From Macrostomum lignano (lineage: Eukaryota): a stretch of DNA of 64,000 bases. The stretch is taken from positions 1 to 64,000 of the forward strand of contig NIVC01003581.1 of NCBI GenBank assembly GCA_002269645.1, in the 5' to 3' direction. The translations under genes were made by a program, and so were the position numbers. The notes beneath the pieces are model-generated. The model ran no database searches, was not told where the DNA came from, and saw only the letters and a program-made list of their open reading frames with translations. Shown piece by piece: positions 1-11,818 of this stretch (positions are counted from its first letter, which is position 1; every line of letters starts with the position of its first letter).

Positions 1-1968
1 CAGCATCGTTACTATTTTACGTTTCAGATGCCGCAGCTAAGTAAGCAATGGAAGCAGCAGCACCAGGATCATCAGTGGCCGAGCCAGCTTCTTCCAATAC
101 AGTGTCTGAGCAGCTAGATGTTGAGACGTCTGAGTCAGCTGGGATCTCTATTATTTCTGCGGTTCGCTATCGGCCGTGTTGGCAAGCACCGGTGATTTTG
201 GAGCCGACGAATGATCTGATCCAGGAGTCCGATTGCTAGGTGCTAATGGCGGTGTTGTCTTGCTAGACGGTCAGCGGAAGAGCGTCGCTTTTGGGCCGGA
301 GGTACAGACGTACGGCTAGTCGTACCTCTACTGATCTGGACGGCCGAAGCACCAGCAACATTACTGTTGGCCCAGTCCGAGGACTGTCGAATATTTGCTC
401 TGTTACTCGTGGCTCTGCCGAACCGACCGATTTTTCGTAAGTAGGTAGCTTTGACATGTTATTTACTACTAAAAGATAGAAACTAAAATCGTGTCAAACT
501 GGAGGGCACAAAGCAAGCAGTTTACAAGCCTTTTAATATTTGGGGTTTTAAAATTGAAATTGATTGAGTAGTGGTTAATGATTACAGATTATTTGGAGCT
601 CTTGCCGGCAATAGAGGTTGCAAGTTGTGCTAAAGACGTTCTCGGAAGAAGAAATAGTGCTAATATGTCTGCCTGAGTAATTAATTTAAAGGAGAGAAGC
701 AAGGAGGCTGGTCAGCAACAATTAATAAATTTATTTATTTATTTATAATGAGTAAATAAATTGGAAGCAGTATGCGGTAATATACGGACAACGGACTGTC
801 CAAGACGGTGTGGTTTTCCCGAGCTTGTTTTGTTTTTGTTTTATATGTACGAGCGCTTCAGCCCCTAAGCCGGGGCTCTTACGCTAATATTGTACTTTTA
901 ATTATTTGATGTTGGTTAGTACAAGTTTGTATAAATTTCGAGTTTGAATAAAACCAATCAATAATACGAAATATTCAAAATAAATCAGCAATATACAGTA
1001 ATGCAATTAAACAAACCGATGCAATTAAAACAAATAAAACTAAATAAAACAAATTAAAACAAATATTTGTGAAGATAATTGGATAAAAGCAGATAAATAT
1101 TTGTGTGTAAATATATACAATATTGAAGAGCGAGACAGTCAATTTAATAATAAATAGGGGTAATAATATGTACATTAATATAGTTCGTTGAAACTGGTCC
1201 GTCAGTTTTATAGGAGAGGATACAGAATTAGAAGGTATCCCAAAAAGAAGAATACCTACTCAAATACTACTACTGAAGGTAACTTTACGAAAACGAAGGT
1301 TTCTAAACGATCAGACCCAATTTTACATACGGGTATGAAAATTTGCTGTTCTCTTAATGGCGAAGATGAGAACTCCTAATGGACTATTTGACCTGGTTAG
1401 GACTTTCGGGGGTTTAAATCATCCCCACCCCCGAGAGAGCTGCAGTGAGAGACTATGAAAATCTGAGGGGCAAAAGCAGCCTAGCTTGTCTAGTACCTTT
1501 GGAAGGCGAGGATAATCTCGGGCAGCCGTTCCGTCATACGGCAAGACTTTTTTGGATCCCTTTTGTCAGACTGTTTAAACAGACTTGCATTACCAGTAGA
1601 TAAACAGCTTTTTGCACAGATATAAAAATAAATCGAAAGTTTTGTCGGCAGAGTCAGTAAGAGTGGCATCAGTCAGTGAGAGTGGCATCAGTCGCAAGCA
1701 CTTTCCTGAACCATTTCTGCCAAGACTGCTTTGTAAAATACTTCCTAAAAATAGCCTCTACTCAACGAAAACAGAAAATAATGCCTGCAAAAGATCTACC
1801 CCGACACTACGAAAACGAAGGCGCACTTAGTGCCAATACCAAAAAAATCTATAACTAGAACCAAACCAACCCACAAAAGAGCTTTCAACTCCCTCCCAAT
1901 TTGATGTAATAATAAAAAAAGTATATAATATATAATATAAATAGTAATATAAAAAATATCTCCTAATA

Positions 1969-3028
1969 CCTTAGTGCGTCCAAAAACTTCTTAGACACCC
2001 CTCCTATCTATGCATCTGTTCAATTGATTTTTTATAAAAATTTACACAAACATGGACCAATATGTAATGAATTCAGTGCTTAAGTTTCAGCTTAATCGGG
2101 TTGACCGTGCAAAAGCAATCGATCTTCTACTGACGAACCTACGAAATTAGCAATACGATTTCAAACTCAATAAAATGAAAAAGTTAACGAGCAAACAGTT
2201 CAAACTGACAAGTTTCAGAACTTCAAAAAACAGATCACCAATCGTGAAAATCTTCAGAAGAATCTTCATTCTGTCGAATGCACTTGTCATATCACATCGG
2301 CAACTCCTTAGTCCTCAATCCACGCCGACGACATATCCCTAGGTGTCGCTATGATCAGCCCTTCAGCAGCAGTTTGCAGCTCAGTTTGCAGCTTGGCGAA
2401 CCGCTGGCCTCTTGGACTCATTCTGCGTGCTGATTCAGCTCTTGAACTCGTCTCCCAGAGCTGAAATTTCCGCCCTTTGTTGCAAGCAGACTCGTATTGG
2501 CGATTGTTTTGCTGTTAAACCATCTGAGGCTGGTTCCGCGTCTCAGCATCTGAATCTCTGCGCACTCTGACTATGTTGCTATTTTGCTTACTGCTTTGTT
2601 TTTTTGCTCTTTAATCTATGGCTAAACCTTCACAGCCTGTATTAGTATTGAATTAATTAAGGTATTTTTCAATACGCAGCGAAAGCAGTGATATTTTTCT
2701 GAATAATTTTTATAAAAATGAGCTGTAATGTCACCACTGGAGTCCAGATTCGATTCTCTTCAAAAATCGTATTGCTTATTTTGTAGGCTCGTCAGTAAAT
2801 GATCGATTGCTTTTGTTCTGTCAACCTGATAAAGCTGAAACTTTAGCACTGAAGTTCGAACAAAATCGGTCCAGCCATTTTTTCTCTAATCGATCACATA
2901 GACACAGACAGACCATTTTTAGTATATAGGAATTCATTACATATTGGTTAATGTTTCTGTATTTTTTCATCAGACTCAATCAAACAGAGATATAAGGGGT
3001 GTCTAAGAACTTTTTGGACGCACTAAGG
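1969..3028. mobile_element. Non-autonomous Tc1/mariner-like DNA transposon (~1.06 kb)
   Basis: 34-bp TIRs CCTTAGTGCGTCCAAAAA(C/G)TTCTTAGACACCCCT at 1969-2002 and 2995-3028 (1 mismatch), flanked by TA on both sides; no intact transposase ORF inside. Confidence 0.8.
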
Positions 3029-3102
3029 TAGTAATAAAATATATTACCCCTAATAAAGTATTGTGTCTCAGTTGTTGCTGGGGTGGTTCGGCAGGTTTTG
3101 AT

Positions 3103-3120
3103 ATCCCACCGCTGCCACCA
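3103..3120 (-). promoter_or_regulatory. Primer-binding site complementary to the tRNA-Leu(AAG/UAG) 3' end
   Basis: Minus strand TGGTGGCAGCGGTGGGAT, 1 nt after the LTR-terminal CA; exact complement of the conserved eukaryotic tRNA-Leu end ATCCCACCGCTGCCA+CCA. Confidence 0.8.
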
Positions 3121-3121
3121 G

Positions 3122-3652
3122 TGATATACTTTAGCTTTTGGCTGCCCGGGCTCGGGTCTGTAGATCTTGGTATCCCACCGCTATCACCAGTGTTACACTT
3201 GGCTTTCTGGTTTCTGTGGTGGGGCGAACTGCTATTTCCCGAGCAACCTTGCTGAGTATACTTATGGGGGTTGAGACTGGGGAGAAATCTAAGATCAAGG
3301 GTAGTGCTGCCACCAGCGTGGGAACCGTAGGATCCGCAATGAAGGGGTCTGTTTGGCTCCACGCAAATAAATAACGCTAGAACAACTAGTCTCAGATATT
3401 TCAATGTCCAAGTAACAGGACTCAATGGTAGCAAATGGCCTGAGCGGCGCAGTCCTGGCACTGACAATGTCCGCGCTTGAGCGTGTCTGAGTTTAGCTCT
3501 CAGAGGACCCCTAACTCCTATTAACCTAATAGCTATGTCTCGCGCAGATGGGCGGCGAGGGAATAGGTCTATGCGCCTGAAGCAGCAATAGACTCTAAGC
3601 CTATAAACTAACAGCTATTCTTAGAATCGCGCACGAGTGCTGCGACTGTACA
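3122..3652 (-). repeat. LTR of Gypsy element A (531 bp)
   Basis: TG...CA termini; preceded on the minus strand by purine tract GAGTGAGAGTGAG (3653-3665) and followed by a PBS; shares the GCTGCCACCA motif with the other LTRs in the window. Confidence 0.7.
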
Positions 3653-3665
3653 CTCACTCTCACTC

Positions 3666-4619
3666 TTATTCGCGCCTGTGTCGCGAATAGACACTAGCAG
3701 AATGGCTTCGCAGGACGGCCTTGAGCGGCGGTGGCAGGTCCACATGGCCGAGCTCCGCGGCGAATCGCCGCGCTACCAGTTCGGTGTGTTGGCGGCTGAA
3801 CTCTTGGTCGGCCAGCGTCTTGGCTGCTAAGTTCGCCGCCCATTCAAAAAGTGTTTGCCAGGACTGCAGGCTCTCTTGCCTGAGCTGGGCCTGTAGGTCT
3901 GGCGGCAGCCCGGCGAACAAGTGCTGCCGTACGCCAGCCAGCATAATCAAATCAGCTATGGCCTGGGCCTGTCTCTGTCTTGTCCACGCCATGAGATCGT
4001 CGGTGGACGTGCCGCGGCTGACCGGCGTCGATGGCGGAGCTCGCAATCCAGGCGGCGGACAGGGGCCAGGAGGCCTCGCATTCCGCGCATAAAGCGGCGT
4101 GGCGGTGGCTACCCGGGCAGCAGCCTGGCGCAGGCTTAAAAACAGCTCTCGCCCAGCTGGGCCACGGAAACGGCCTGCTCGTCGTCCTCGGCGACGGGCC
4201 AGAGGACGGGCCTCTGGATCGCCGCGGGGCTGCGGTGCGTCCGCGCCTCCTGGGCGCCCTTGGGGGCTGCCTCCTACTTGTGACGGGCGCTCCTGCGAAG
4301 CGGCACCAGCATTAATTGGGCGCAGACCCTTCGGTTGCGGCGCCAATGAGATGTCTTCATCTGCCGGTCTCAGACGATTGATGGATGCTCGGGCGGTGGT
4401 GTCATCCAAGGGTGAGTCCGGGGCCATCAGCTCCAATTCTTCATTCAAGAAGGTCAAGGAGGGAACTCGGCTTTTTAGCGGAACAGCCACCGAGCTCCGG
4501 AGCTGGAGTTCGCCCTGATTCCTCAGCTGATCCACCCTCTGGGCAACAGTAGTGCCACCCGCCGGCTTTTCAGGTTTAGTTGTAGTCCTAATCGCGGATT
4601 TCATTTCCTCGTCCGACAT
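3666..4619 (-). CDS. Accessory ORF (317 aa) of Gypsy element A between pol and the PPT; function unknown
   Basis: Uninterrupted ORF, ATG 20 nt after the pol stop, stop codon directly abutting the PPT; acceptor-like TTGCTTTCCAG just before the ATG. Confidence 0.6.
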   Translation of the reverse strand: MSDEEMKSAIRTTTKPEKPAGGTTVAQRVDQLRNQGELQLRSSVAVPLKSRVPSLTFLNEELELMAPDSPLDDTTARASINRLRPADEDISLAPQPKGLRPINAGAASQERPSQVGGSPQGRPGGADAPQPRGDPEARPLARRRGRRAGRFRGPAGRELFLSLRQAAARVATATPLYARNARPPGPCPPPGLRAPPSTPVSRGTSTDDLMAWTRQRQAQAIADLIMLAGVRQHLFAGLPPDLQAQLRQESLQSWQTLFEWAANLAAKTLADQEFSRQHTELVARRFAAELGHVDLPPPLKAVLRSHSASVYSRHRRE

Positions 4620-4638
4620 AATTGTCGCTGGAAAGCAA

Positions 4639-6010
4639 TTATTTTCGACGGAAGATGCGGTTAAGTAACCTCGCCAGGCGAGACGCATAAGTCTTGCGGC
4701 TAGGGTTGACCTGTAACCTATCAGGTTCCCTGCGCAATCGCTCTGGGCGGTTTAGTGTCGCTAGATCGACGTCCCTAGTCCTAGTTGCCTGCCTATCTAT
4801 AGTTGAAATTTCTCCTAGTTGTTGCTCAGGTGCGATGGGGGATGGGAGCGCGGGAGTAGGAGATTCGCGTGGGCTTGGGCTGCGTGACGGCAAATGCGCA
4901 ACCTCAATGGGCGCAAAATCTCCAATCCTCGATTCAGCTCCTTGGTCGACAGCTTCAGCGTTGGCGCCTCGCGATCGCGCTTGCAGCGGCGAGCGCGTCG
5001 ACCTCAGCGCAGCGGCGGCTGCAGCTGGGTGCGCCCAATTCACGTCGACAACGCTCTCGTCTTCGTCCTCGTCGGAGTCCTCGGTGCAGAACTCAGCGTG
5101 GCAGCCTGGCGCTTCGGTAGCAGCCTGTGGCGCCGGATGACAACGCTGTCGGTGCATCGGGTGCGGTGCTTCTTCGACCTGTGGGAGATAGTCGGCAGTG
5201 TGCACGGGGAGCAAATTCTTCCGGTGCACTACAAGCACCTCTTTTCGAGCACGGCGCTTCTCGCCTTGGCGACGGATCTTGTAGACCAGCTCGCCCTTCT
5301 GCTCGATCACCTCATAGACGGCCTTCCGCGGTCTATGGAATTTCGGCGCCTCACCGGCCTCTAGCACTGGATTCGCCAAGAACACTAATTGTCCTGGCTG
5401 CAGCGGATCTACTTGCGGTTTTCCGGCAAAGTGATCTACGCGGAGATCCTGCTGAGCGCGAATTCGCTCTTTTGCTAGGGCGGTCGCCTCACTCAATATA
5501 CTTTCAAATTGGCGCACATAATCTGGCAAATTCTGATAATCAGGTGAGTGGCGCAATGCGTTCTCAATAGGCAAATTGAACGTGCGGCCAAACATCAGAA
5601 AATGCGGGCTGTATCCTGTCACTGAGTGAACAGCCGTGCGCAGCGCTATTAAGCAAGCTGGCAGATAGTGTGCCCAATCTTTGTGCTTTGTCTCTAACAG
5701 ACACGTCAGCACAGACTTAATATTTCGATTCAGGTTCTCAACAAGCCCATTAGATGCAGGATTATATGGACAGGTTACTGTGTGTCTTATCCCATATATT
5801 TTCCAAAAATTATTAAAGGCGGCGCCCGTAAAATTGGTTCCTTGATCAGTATGGAACTGGGCTAGCACACCGTAAATTGGAATGAACTGTTCCTGAATCA
5901 CTTTAATAATTGTCTTGGCCTTCTGATTTCTCAGAGCATAGGCCCACGGATACTTCGACGTCGCGTCACACAAGGTTAGGACATATCTATGGCCTGCAGC
6001 ACTAGGCTGA
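4639..6010 (-). pseudogene. pol: 5'-truncated Gypsy pol: integrase core and C-terminal region (element A)
   Basis: rve motifs YVLTLCDATSKY, FHTDQGTNF, SNGLVENLNR and a GPY/F-like region; RT, RNase H and the HHCC finger are absent; sequence breaks at ~6010. Confidence 0.9.
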
Positions 6011-7209
6011 TTATGCATCATCAACAGTGGCAAAGCATTCGGTCTGCGAAACAGGACAGTGCACGCCTGTTAATCCACTTCCAAGAGCGGCGACAGGTAG
6101 CAGAGCGAGTGACACTGAACTCTCACTTTCCCGAAGCCTTCATGCCAGTCAGCTGGGACACTACGAGGACCTCGTCAAGTCCAAGACGGGGCACTCCTTC
6201 GAGAGCAAAGCGGGTCGTGCCTGCATGCAGATGGCAACATTGCGACACGCATGCGCCATAGATGACCGACTTGGTCGACTCGAGAAAAATTTGCTTCCGC
6301 GACTGATGTCCATGGTCGAGCAGCTTACAACGCAAGTGGCAGCCCTGGAGATTCAGAACCGCCAGCTGCTGCGCAACCGTGGTACTGCTCAGCAGGAGAC
6401 CGAGGATCCGAGGAGGACCAACCTGACTCCTATCGACTCGTGGGCCGAGTACGCCGCCTTCATAACATCTAAGGCCGTACAAGATAGACTCGTGAGTCAA
6501 TTTTTAAATAAATCATGACTTTCTAATTTAACGTAAATGTCTTTCAGTATCCTTAGGGCAGGCTCTGATATCAATATGTTTTTTATTAAATGCGAATATA
6601 TTTTTACATCAGCAAAAGTAAATACCTATATAGATGTTCAAATATAAGCGACGCGGTTAATAAGACAGGTCACTTTAACCTTTACTATTCTGATAGATGC
6701 CACATCTCCGTGGATGTCGCTCTGGAACGGTGCATGACACATTGAAGAGGATGATCGAAAAGTGCCTGTCAACGAAGATGCAGCTTTGTGTCAACTTCAG
6801 CGGGAGAGGAATGCAGCAGCGATCACAGCTGGATTTATCAGATGTGAAACTGGGCTTTCGCAACGCACTGCCACTTTTTCAAGGTAAGTGCAATTGACAT
6901 TAAATATAATCCTTTCTCCAGTCAACTCACAAAAGCTCAGCGCAACTGGAAAGCGTAAAACTCTAAACCTTTCTCCCCTTAGATGCTGTCGCCACGGTCT
7001 ATTCAGACATCACAAAGAGGCCATCCGAGAGGGAGGTCGAGCTAGGGATCATGACAGTCCTGAAGCATGCGGCCGACCGTGAAGCGGCCAAACAAAGGCG
7101 ACGGCAAACGCTTCCTGCTGCTTCAACAGCTGCCTGTGGCGAAGACCAGCCGGCGAGATGCGAGAAGAGGATACGACCTGACAGTTCTTCGGATGAGGAG
7201 AATGTGTAG
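6010..7209 (+). pseudogene. Spliced accessory gene fragment of a CACTA/EnSpm-type transposon (DUF4806-like), 5' end missing
   Basis: Exon pieces give a coiled-coil (LEKNLLPRLMSMVEQLTTQV), then TVHDTLKRMIEKCLSTKMQLCVNFSGRG and EVELGIMTVLKHAADRE, the pattern of animal EnSpm ORF2 proteins; GT-AG introns; domain name is inferred. Confidence 0.55.
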
Positions 7210-8316
7210 ATGGGATTTTAAAACTTTATTTTCTAAAGCCAGAAATTTTTGTATCAAAATTTGTTTGCCTTTTGCTGGTCACTTTAAAATTATTCTAGAA
7301 GCATACCAATATTGCTTAGAGCTGGGTATTAAAGAAGCCTTGAGGGGGGCTCGCAGCTCTATAGGAGGGTTTTGGTTGGCTTACCTCGATAGGAGACTCG
7401 CCCTTGGTGTTGGTAAAGAAGCTGCCCAGAATTGCCCCAAAATTAAGCCTTTTCTGTAGATTTCGGGGTCTCCCCGCTCTCGGACCACTTTAAGTAGTAT
7501 TTCAAACATTTTGCAATCTTTTTTGCGCGCACTTTCAAAAATTTGTCTGCTGGGGGTGGCTTGGGTGGACTCGGTCTTTGCACCGTCCCTGATTCCATTG
7601 TTGGACAGCGGTGTCTTAGTCCATAGGCTTGGGTTAGTAGCTCTAATAAGGTTATTCTCCTGGCCATAAGGCCAGGACCCAATTTGGGCCACTCGGGCTA
7701 TATTCCCCTGGTAGATAGGCCCCCGTTTTCTAGCGGCAGAGCCTTTCCCTGGGCTGATCCGCGGAAGCCCCCTAGGCTACCCACCCTCGTTTAACAACAA
7801 CAAGTAAACAAGTTTACAGTTTTATTAGTGTGTAAACACATCTATTAGAATAGCTTGCTTCTAACGGTTTTAGCTGTAGGTAATATACAAAGGCAAATAA
7901 ACATTTTTTTGCTCTGTGCTATTTGTCGACTCTTCAAAAACTGTGTAAACTGACAAAGTATGATATTGCTATGCGTTTTTAAATTGCGGACATCAGCTTT
8001 ATTTATATTTGTATCGTTTGATGCATATCGCGTGTTTTATCATTCTGATAGCGTATGTGCTATCAGCATGCTAGCTTGTGTACTGCTACTACAATACTGA
8101 TGCTACTAAAATACTGACTATAAAAAAATAAACTCCCAAGACGCAATATTTTTGCCATTTGAGTTGAATTTAGAATATTGTGCTACTATAAAAAATATCA
8201 GTCGCCACTTAGTCGACAGAATCATATGATATCGGACTGCGAAAAGTTGCGTCCTATTAGCGTCCTATTCTAGTCCCATTTCCTTCGACGTCGGATCCGA
8301 TCCGACGTCTTGTCGG

Positions 8317-11131
8317 TCATACATTCGGGTACAGTGGGGACGCCGATTTATCGCCGTCCCATTGACAGATTTTTTTTACTGGGTAAATTGACATGGACTC
8401 GACCATAGGAAAAACAACATATTCCGAATCAACATAAAAGTAGACTGCTTTGTTCGTAGGAACACCAGTAACATAAATGCGAGATTTAACAAAAATGCCA
8501 ATTCCAAGAGCACTAGAATTATAGAGATAGGTATAAAGATCCCTACGGAAAATTAGCTTGATTCCAGAAAGAGAACCATCAGGATAAATAGACTGCACAA
8601 TAACAGGAAAACCATTAATAATCGCAACGTCTGGCTTCGATACAGTAAATCTCAATTTCGAGCGCATCTCGGGTAACTTATGCAAATCTCGCAACGTAAT
8701 CAACTGGTTGAGAGTGTGACGTTGCTAGTTTAAGTGGTCCCGCAAAAGGGCCGTTGGACTATAGTTTCCCTTGCAATTTCTCATTTTAATTTCTCCAATA
8801 GTTTATTTTAACGTTTACTTGTAGTAGCGTGCAAATAATCTGTATCAACTGCTAATTCACTGTGTATTTGGTAGGCCTTGCGCTCGTCTGTGAATTTTGG
8901 CACGATCGATAATTTCAAATTCTCTCGCCAGCCAATGAAAACTCTCCGTGTTTTACGCTACCCCCCCCCCTTTTGCGCTCTTTATTAACCCCCGCCTGGC
9001 GGCGGGCTCCTCACTTCTTCTCCTCTCCTACCTTCTGCCTTCTCTCGCCTTCTGTCTGCCTTCTGCCCCCTCGCTTCGGGCCCCTCACTTCGCGGCTCTT
9101 GTTTTCCTTCTCTCTCTCTCTCTTGGCTGCCTCGAGCCTGCCTTATCTCTCGCCACGGCCCACCCTGTCTGGGCCCGTCTCGCCAGTCAGACCTGTTTAC
9201 GCCTTTCCACTGCCAGTCTATTCTCCTAGTGCCACTGCACCGTTTGCTCACTGCCATCATTCGCCACTTGGGATCACCTTCATCGTGCTCAACCGCCTTC
9301 AACTTAACTCAACTTATTGTTGCGCTGCCGCCAGTGCCCAGTACAGTAGTCCACTATATTGAAACTGTTAACCTTTGTGTAAATCTGACTACTACTCAAA
9401 TAAACAAGCCTACGGCCAACTTGTTGCCGCGATATTGCCAGTGCTACCGCTACAAACCGCCGTGTTGTCTCAACTAGTATTTCCTCGTCACGACAAAACA
9501 CGTGACAGAGAGCATGCGGCATAATTCCTCGGGTGCATCTAATACGATGCTTCAAATTTCCAAGAAACTTTTCGAATTGAAATGCAGAAAAATTAGACCA
9601 TGGGCCATATTGTATTACAAAATCATGAAGGTGAAGGAGCAAATGAGTATTATACGAGACGCACCGCTCATCGAACAAACGGGGAAAATCGGCAACAAAC
9701 ATCTCCAAGCACCTATGCGCATTTGAGTAAAAAATTGAATAGTTATGGGAAGAAAACACATAGTATGCAAAGTGCAAAAGAAGAAAGTGGTTAAAAAACG
9801 ACGCAGACAGATAGCTACCAAGCAAAAACGGCCCAAAATACAAAAGTAAACTACGAAACTCTGTAGCCTTGTAATGAGCAAGATTTAGATCGATGCGTCT
9901 CACGTGACGCTGAAACTCACAAGGTGTAAAGGAGCGGAAAGCAGAAATTTTGTCAGAAAGGTCTTTCACGCTTGCGCGGGTCACGCTACAGGACAAATGA
10001 AGTCCTTTAGTGCAAGAAAAAAAATACGAGCACAATCTACGGACAACACCTAAGCAAACACAATGTTGCTCGTCGATGGGAAAACCTGAGCGCAACGGCG
10101 TTACAGCAATCAAAGGGGATGCAGCTAATTGGTTGTCTTCCTTCACCTGACAGTACAACTCATCGCTTCTAGAAGTCCCAGCACTTCTAGAAAAAACAAC
10201 GCGATCAACATGATAGCGACCCTTGGATCGGCAATAACCACAACCATTCTTAGAAGTATGACCAGAAATGCATTGAACATATGCTCTAGCAGGGGCATCA
10301 CAAATAAAAAATACTTTGCCTAGTTTAACATGAGTTTCTCTAATATAAAAGCCAGTATCGCGCAAATACTTTATTTCTGCGACCAAATCACTCAAAAAAT
10401 GCAAAACATCCGGCTTCTGAACACCATAGTAAATGGCAACAGGAAACGGGCGGCGAATATTATTAAAAGAGACAAGAATTGGCCAAAGAGAAGCCGCAGA
10501 GCTCTTATATAGTGGCAAGTTATCAATATTAAACTTGCAGTCTACAACCAGCGCTTCTTCGGTAGCAGTGATGGGCAGTTGAAGTATTGTATTAGTAATA
10601 CAGAATTGGAGATTATCACGAATAGTCAAATAGGCATACTGTCCATGACCCATGGCAGAAACAGAGGCAAGTGATTTGGACGCTAGTTTTTTTAGTAAAT
10701 GAACAGTTGATGGAATCTTTTGGCAAGAACAAATTCTGCTTAGTAAATTTAGGAGATATTCCATAGAAACTTTGGAAACATTAGAGGGTAAAATAGAAAA
10801 ACAGTTCCTCGGAAAAACTCTTAGACTCGACTTGATCTGATTCTGACTGAGCATCAGATGGGGAAAAATACTCAAAGTCCAGCTCATCGAACTCAACGGA
10901 TTCAGAATTTCCAAAGCCTTCAGTCGCGCCTCCGTCAGATGGTCCACTGTCGGATTGAATCTCAGAAGCAAATGTACAAGAAACATCAGGACTTGTTTCA
11001 TCAGAACCCGGGGTCACCACTAGAGGATTTGTTGCAGCAGCTTGTTCAGCAGGAAAATCAGGAGAATCACTCCGAAGAATAGCGTCCAATTGGCGGTTAA
11101 TAGCACGATAATGAGTACGGCTGTTGCTCAT
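8317..11131 (-). pseudogene. CACTA/EnSpm (CMC) transposase disrupted by a frameshift (~10785) and a solo LTR
   Basis: Motifs FNIDNLPLYKSS..LWPIL, FICDAPAR, CGYC, YKATEFR, HLLLHL..YGPWSNFSAFQFE; C-terminal DLY..SSALGI..VVFP in ORF 8317-8703; removing 8715-9507 plus one TSD copy restores the frame (PHAL|NQLITL). Confidence 0.85.
8715..9507 (+). mobile_element. Solo LTR (793 bp), family unassigned (5-bp TSD fits BEL/Pao, Copia or some Gypsy)
   Basis: TGTGACG...CGTGACA termini, GAGAG TSD at 8710-8714 and 9508-9512; CCAAT (~8931), TATA-like (~8980) and AATAAA (~9398) on the + strand. Confidence 0.85.
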
Positions 11132-11818
11132 AGTTTAAGAAAATAGTCCACTGAAACTGAAGTTATGATATAGTATTATAAAGGCATCAAAACTTCATCG
11201 ACCAAAATTAAGGGATCTTGCGACGCTAAGTCAGATGGATTTACAGATTACGCATATTTAAAGAGGCTCATTATACCAGTTCGCATATGTAAAGTGATGT
11301 TTTGCTGTACGTAAATGGTTTAAAGAACTAAATCGATGGCTTGACTAGGCTTTTCTCTTCTGTACAATGAGATTCTGATACCCTCCTAATGCACCTTGAC
11401 ACACTTATTGAAAAGTTAAAGAAAAAATGTAAAAACTTTTTAATTAGCCAGATACTGACTTTTGTCAAACTTATAATTCAGACCTTTTTAGCTATAAATA
11501 TAAGAATAAATATGGACTCGAAAAAATGACATAAAGATCGAATTTAATATCAATATCATTGTTTTATAGCATTGCTAATAACTAACATTTCTTACTTTAA
11601 ATTTCAATAAATTTACAAAACTTGTGAATTTATTGCGTGGCGCGCGTATCAGACGAAAACAATTAGAACGAAATTTTAAAGTAGTGATTAACCTGCAAAT
11701 TTTTAAAACAAATTACCTAAATTAGCTAACAAACTTTTCTTGAAAGTGAATGGATGTAAATATAAATAGCCTATTGAACTGACAGAACTAACAAATTTAG
11801 ACAAAAAAGTTAATTTCT

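Noticed and set aside
48-460. Short ORFs at the window start (ATG 457 in good context, minus strand)
   Set aside because: No recognisable domain and stops in all frames; could be a decayed gag or transposon gene start but cannot be supported
3103-3189. Possible tRNA-Leu gene
   Set aside because: Only the 3' 18 nt including CCA match; no D-arm or anticodon arm, so it is a PBS
7670-8340. Candidate CACTA termini (CCCAATTTGGGCCACTCGGG ~7680; CACTTAGTCGAC ~8207; GACGTCGGATC-C-GATCCGACGTC palindrome ~8289-8311)
   Set aside because: No matching partner terminus or TSD found in the window
10166-10193. Two TTCTAGAA words resembling HSEs
   Set aside because: Only two pentamers each and inside transposase coding sequence
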